Assembly (NCBI GenBank): GCA_041483195.1
Contig: JBGPFC010000002.1
Span: forward strand, 1-64,000
Origin: Candidatus Eiseniibacteriota bacterium
GTDB taxonomy: Bacteria; Eisenbacteria; RBG-16-71-46
DNA: 64,000 nucleotides
Reading direction: 5' to 3'
Shown here piece after piece: positions 62,055 to 64,000 of this stretch (position 1 is its first letter; the number at the start of each line of letters is the position of its first letter). The notes under the pieces were generated by a model. The model ran no database searches and was not told the origin of the DNA. It worked only from the letters and a program-made list of their open reading frames with translations. Made by a program: the position numbers and the translations under genes.

Positions 62055-64000
62055 CTACTTCTTCAGCGCGTCTTCCAGCGCCTGCACGCGCGATTCGAGC
62101 GCGCGATTCCGGTCCTTCAAACGGTCGATCTCGTTCCGGAGCTCGCCGGCGGGATGATCGCCCTTCGCGCCGAGCTTCTTCTGCGCGTCCAGCACGCTGC
62201 TCGCGCCGAGATCCTCCGGCTCGCGCGCGAGCGCGCGGGCGAGCGCGGGCAGCGCATCGGGGTCCCCCAGCGTTCCGAGCGCGCTCGACGCCTCCTGGCG
62301 CAGCCGCACGTGGTCGTCCCACAGCAACGGCTCGATCGCGAGCCGCGCGTCGCGGCGGGTGGTCTTGCCGGCGGCCGGTTCGGCCGGGAGCTTCGCCCCC
62401 AGCTTGCCGAGCGCGCGCGCAGCAGCGATCCGCACCGTGAGCGGCTCGCGTGGATGGGTGCGGGCGACCATGATCGCGAACCCGCGCGGATCGGCGAGCT
62501 CCGCGAGCGCGTCGAGCGCCGCGGTGCGCAGCGTGTCGTTCCACGACGCCCGCGCCAGGGCCTTCTCGCATTGCGCGAACGCGTCGTCCGCCCCGAGCTG
62601 CGCGAGCGCGCCGAGGCCCGCGGCCGCGACGCCGTATGCCGGGTCGGCGAGCGCCGCGCGCGCCGCCGCCGCCGCGCCGCTCGTCTCGCGGAAGTGCGCG
62701 AGCGCCGCGACCGCGACCTTTCGCACCCGCGCGTCCGGATCGTGGAGCCCGGGCTCGAGGCCGGCCAGCCCCGACGCGGTCGGGACCGCGCCCAGCGCGT
62801 TGGCCGCGGCGCGCCGCACCGCCCAGAAGCGGTCCTCCTTGAGCGCGCGCGCGAGCGCCGCGAGCGCGGCGGGGCGTCCCGCCATGTCGGCGAGCGCCCT
62901 CGCGGCTTCGATGCGGCTCGCGCCGAGCGGGGCGTCGGCGAGCTGCGCCGCGAGCTCCGGGGCGGGGCGCTCGAAGGAGAGCCTGCACAGCACCGAGAGA
63001 TCGTCGTTCACCTCGACGTAGCGCGGGCGCGACGGCAGGGTCACGTAGGTCTCCTGGTGGCGTCCGTCCACCCGCAGGCTGCCCCGCAGGTCGCCGGAGG
63101 CGAGCGCGAAGCGGAGCGGCAGATCGAAGCGGAACACCGGCGTGAGGCTGTCGCTGGGCTGAGTCTGCTCGACGACGATGTGCGCGAGGCGGCGCTGATC
63201 GAGCCATTCCCAGGTCACGTGCAGGGACGGCACGCCGGCCCGCTCCACCCACTGGTCGAAGAACCCGTCGAGTCCCGCGCCGGTCGCCTGTTCCATCGCG
63301 TGACGGAACGCGTCGGTGTCCACGCTGGTTCCGCCATTCACGTCGAGGTAGTGGCGCATCCCGCGAAAGAACGCGTCGTCGCCGAGCATGCGCCGCAGCA
63401 TGTGGAGCGTCCAGCTGCCGCGCGCGTAGATGCCGGCGTCGAACACCTCGTGCGCGAAGCGGCGGTTGGGCTCCACCACCGGCCGCCGGCCCTTGCTCTC
63501 TTCGTTCGCGAAGATGCCCGCGCGCTCGTCGAGCAGCGAGCGATCCATCTCGTCACGGCCCCACGCGTGTTCCCACCAGAGATCCGCGCCGAACGTCGCG
63601 AAGCCCTCGTTGAGCCAGGCGTGCGCCCATTCCCGACACGTGATGTAGTCGCCGAACCACTGATGAGCGAGCTCGTGCGCGACCAGTCCCTCCTCGCTGC
63701 GCTCGAGCGCGGCGGCGCGGTCCAGCAGGATGCGTTCGGTCATGGTCGTGGCCGTGATGTTCTCCATGCCGCCGAAGGTGAAGTCCTGCACGACGACCTG
63801 CGCGTACTTGTCGTACGGATAGCGCGCGCCGAAGCGCTCCGAGAAGAACTCCATCATCTCGGGGGTGCGTCCGAGCGAACGCGCGACCCGCTCCTCGGTG
63901 CCGGGCGGCACGAAGTACTGCACCGGGATCCCGCGCCACACGGTGTCGACGCGCGCGAACGTCCCGGCCGCGACCATCACGAGGTAGGAGGGATGGGGGA
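62055..64000 (-). CDS. pepN: M1 family aminopeptidase with C-terminal HEAT repeats and coiled coil (5' end outside window)
   Basis: GGMEN, HELAHQWFG...WLNEGFA, Y.RG, HEAT-like LxD...VR..AA.ALG repeats. Confidence 0.9.
   Translation of the reverse strand, partial: PHPSYLVMVAAGTFARVDTVWRGIPVQYFVPPGTEERVARSLGRTPEMMEFFSERFGARYPYDKYAQVVVQDFTFGGMENITATTMTERILLDRAAALERSEEGLVAHELAHQWFGDYITCREWAHAWLNEGFATFGADLWWEHAWGRDEMDRSLLDERAGIFANEESKGRRPVVEPNRRFAHEVFDAGIYARGSWTLHMLRRMLGDDAFFRGMRHYLDVNGGTSVDTDAFRHAMEQATGAGLDGFFDQWVERAGVPSLHVTWEWLDQRRLAHIVVEQTQPSDSLTPVFRFDLPLRFALASGDLRGSLRVDGRHQETYVTLPSRPRYVEVNDDLSVLCRLSFERPAPELAAQLADAPLGASRIEAARALADMAGRPAALAALARALKEDRFWAVRRAAANALGAVPTASGLAGLEPGLHDPDARVRKVAVAALAHFRETSGAAAAARAALADPAYGVAAAGLGALAQLGADDAFAQCEKALARASWNDTLRTAALDALAELADPRGFAIMVARTHPREPLTVRIAAARALGKLGAKLPAEPAAGKTTRRDARLAIEPLLWDDHVRLRQEASSALGTLGDPDALPALARALAREPEDLGASSVLDAQKKLGAKGDHPAGELRNEIDRLKDRNRALESRVQALEDALKK

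Overview
Very GC-rich bacterial chromosomal window, mostly housekeeping genes. The gene content and a C-terminal SWGRLKLLYR motif resemble Candidatus Eisenbacteria or related FCB-adjacent lineages (inference only). It begins at the end of an rRNA operon (23S 3' end, 5S, terminator). Next come a secreted triple-repeat helical protein, an outer-membrane barrel and SppA; a mono-haem cytochrome c; an atypical EF-G paralog followed by yebC-ruvC-ruvA-ruvB-queA; a GT-C/TPR protein; and a carboxyltransferase. A small accessory block (15.6-19.4 kb) holds a processive GT2, a small beta-barrel and a tandem duplication of 15-Cys secreted proteins. After that come acyl-CoA and amino-acid enzymes, a secreted beta-helix protein, tRNA-Leu-tig-clpP-clpX-lon, a class V aminotransferase/PGDH pair, a creatininase-family gene and a prolyl oligopeptidase. 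At 49.4-62 kb is a variant of the selenium-dependent molybdenum hydroxylase / anaerobic purine (urate) degradation cluster (carbamate kinase-ygeW-ygeY-xdh-ssnA-short ygfK), divergent from two PLP fold-II enzymes. The window ends in a partial M1 aminopeptidase. Most notable: (1) the purine cluster has back-to-back sigma54 promoters around a shared tandem repeat, a YgfK lacking its FAD/NAD(P)H module, no Xdh flavoprotein subunit, and no recognisable ygeX or hyuA; (2) the Cys-rich tandem pair has near-identical junction sequence but a diverged body, and carries a candidate C-terminal sorting signal. No CRISPR array, transposase or integrase was seen.
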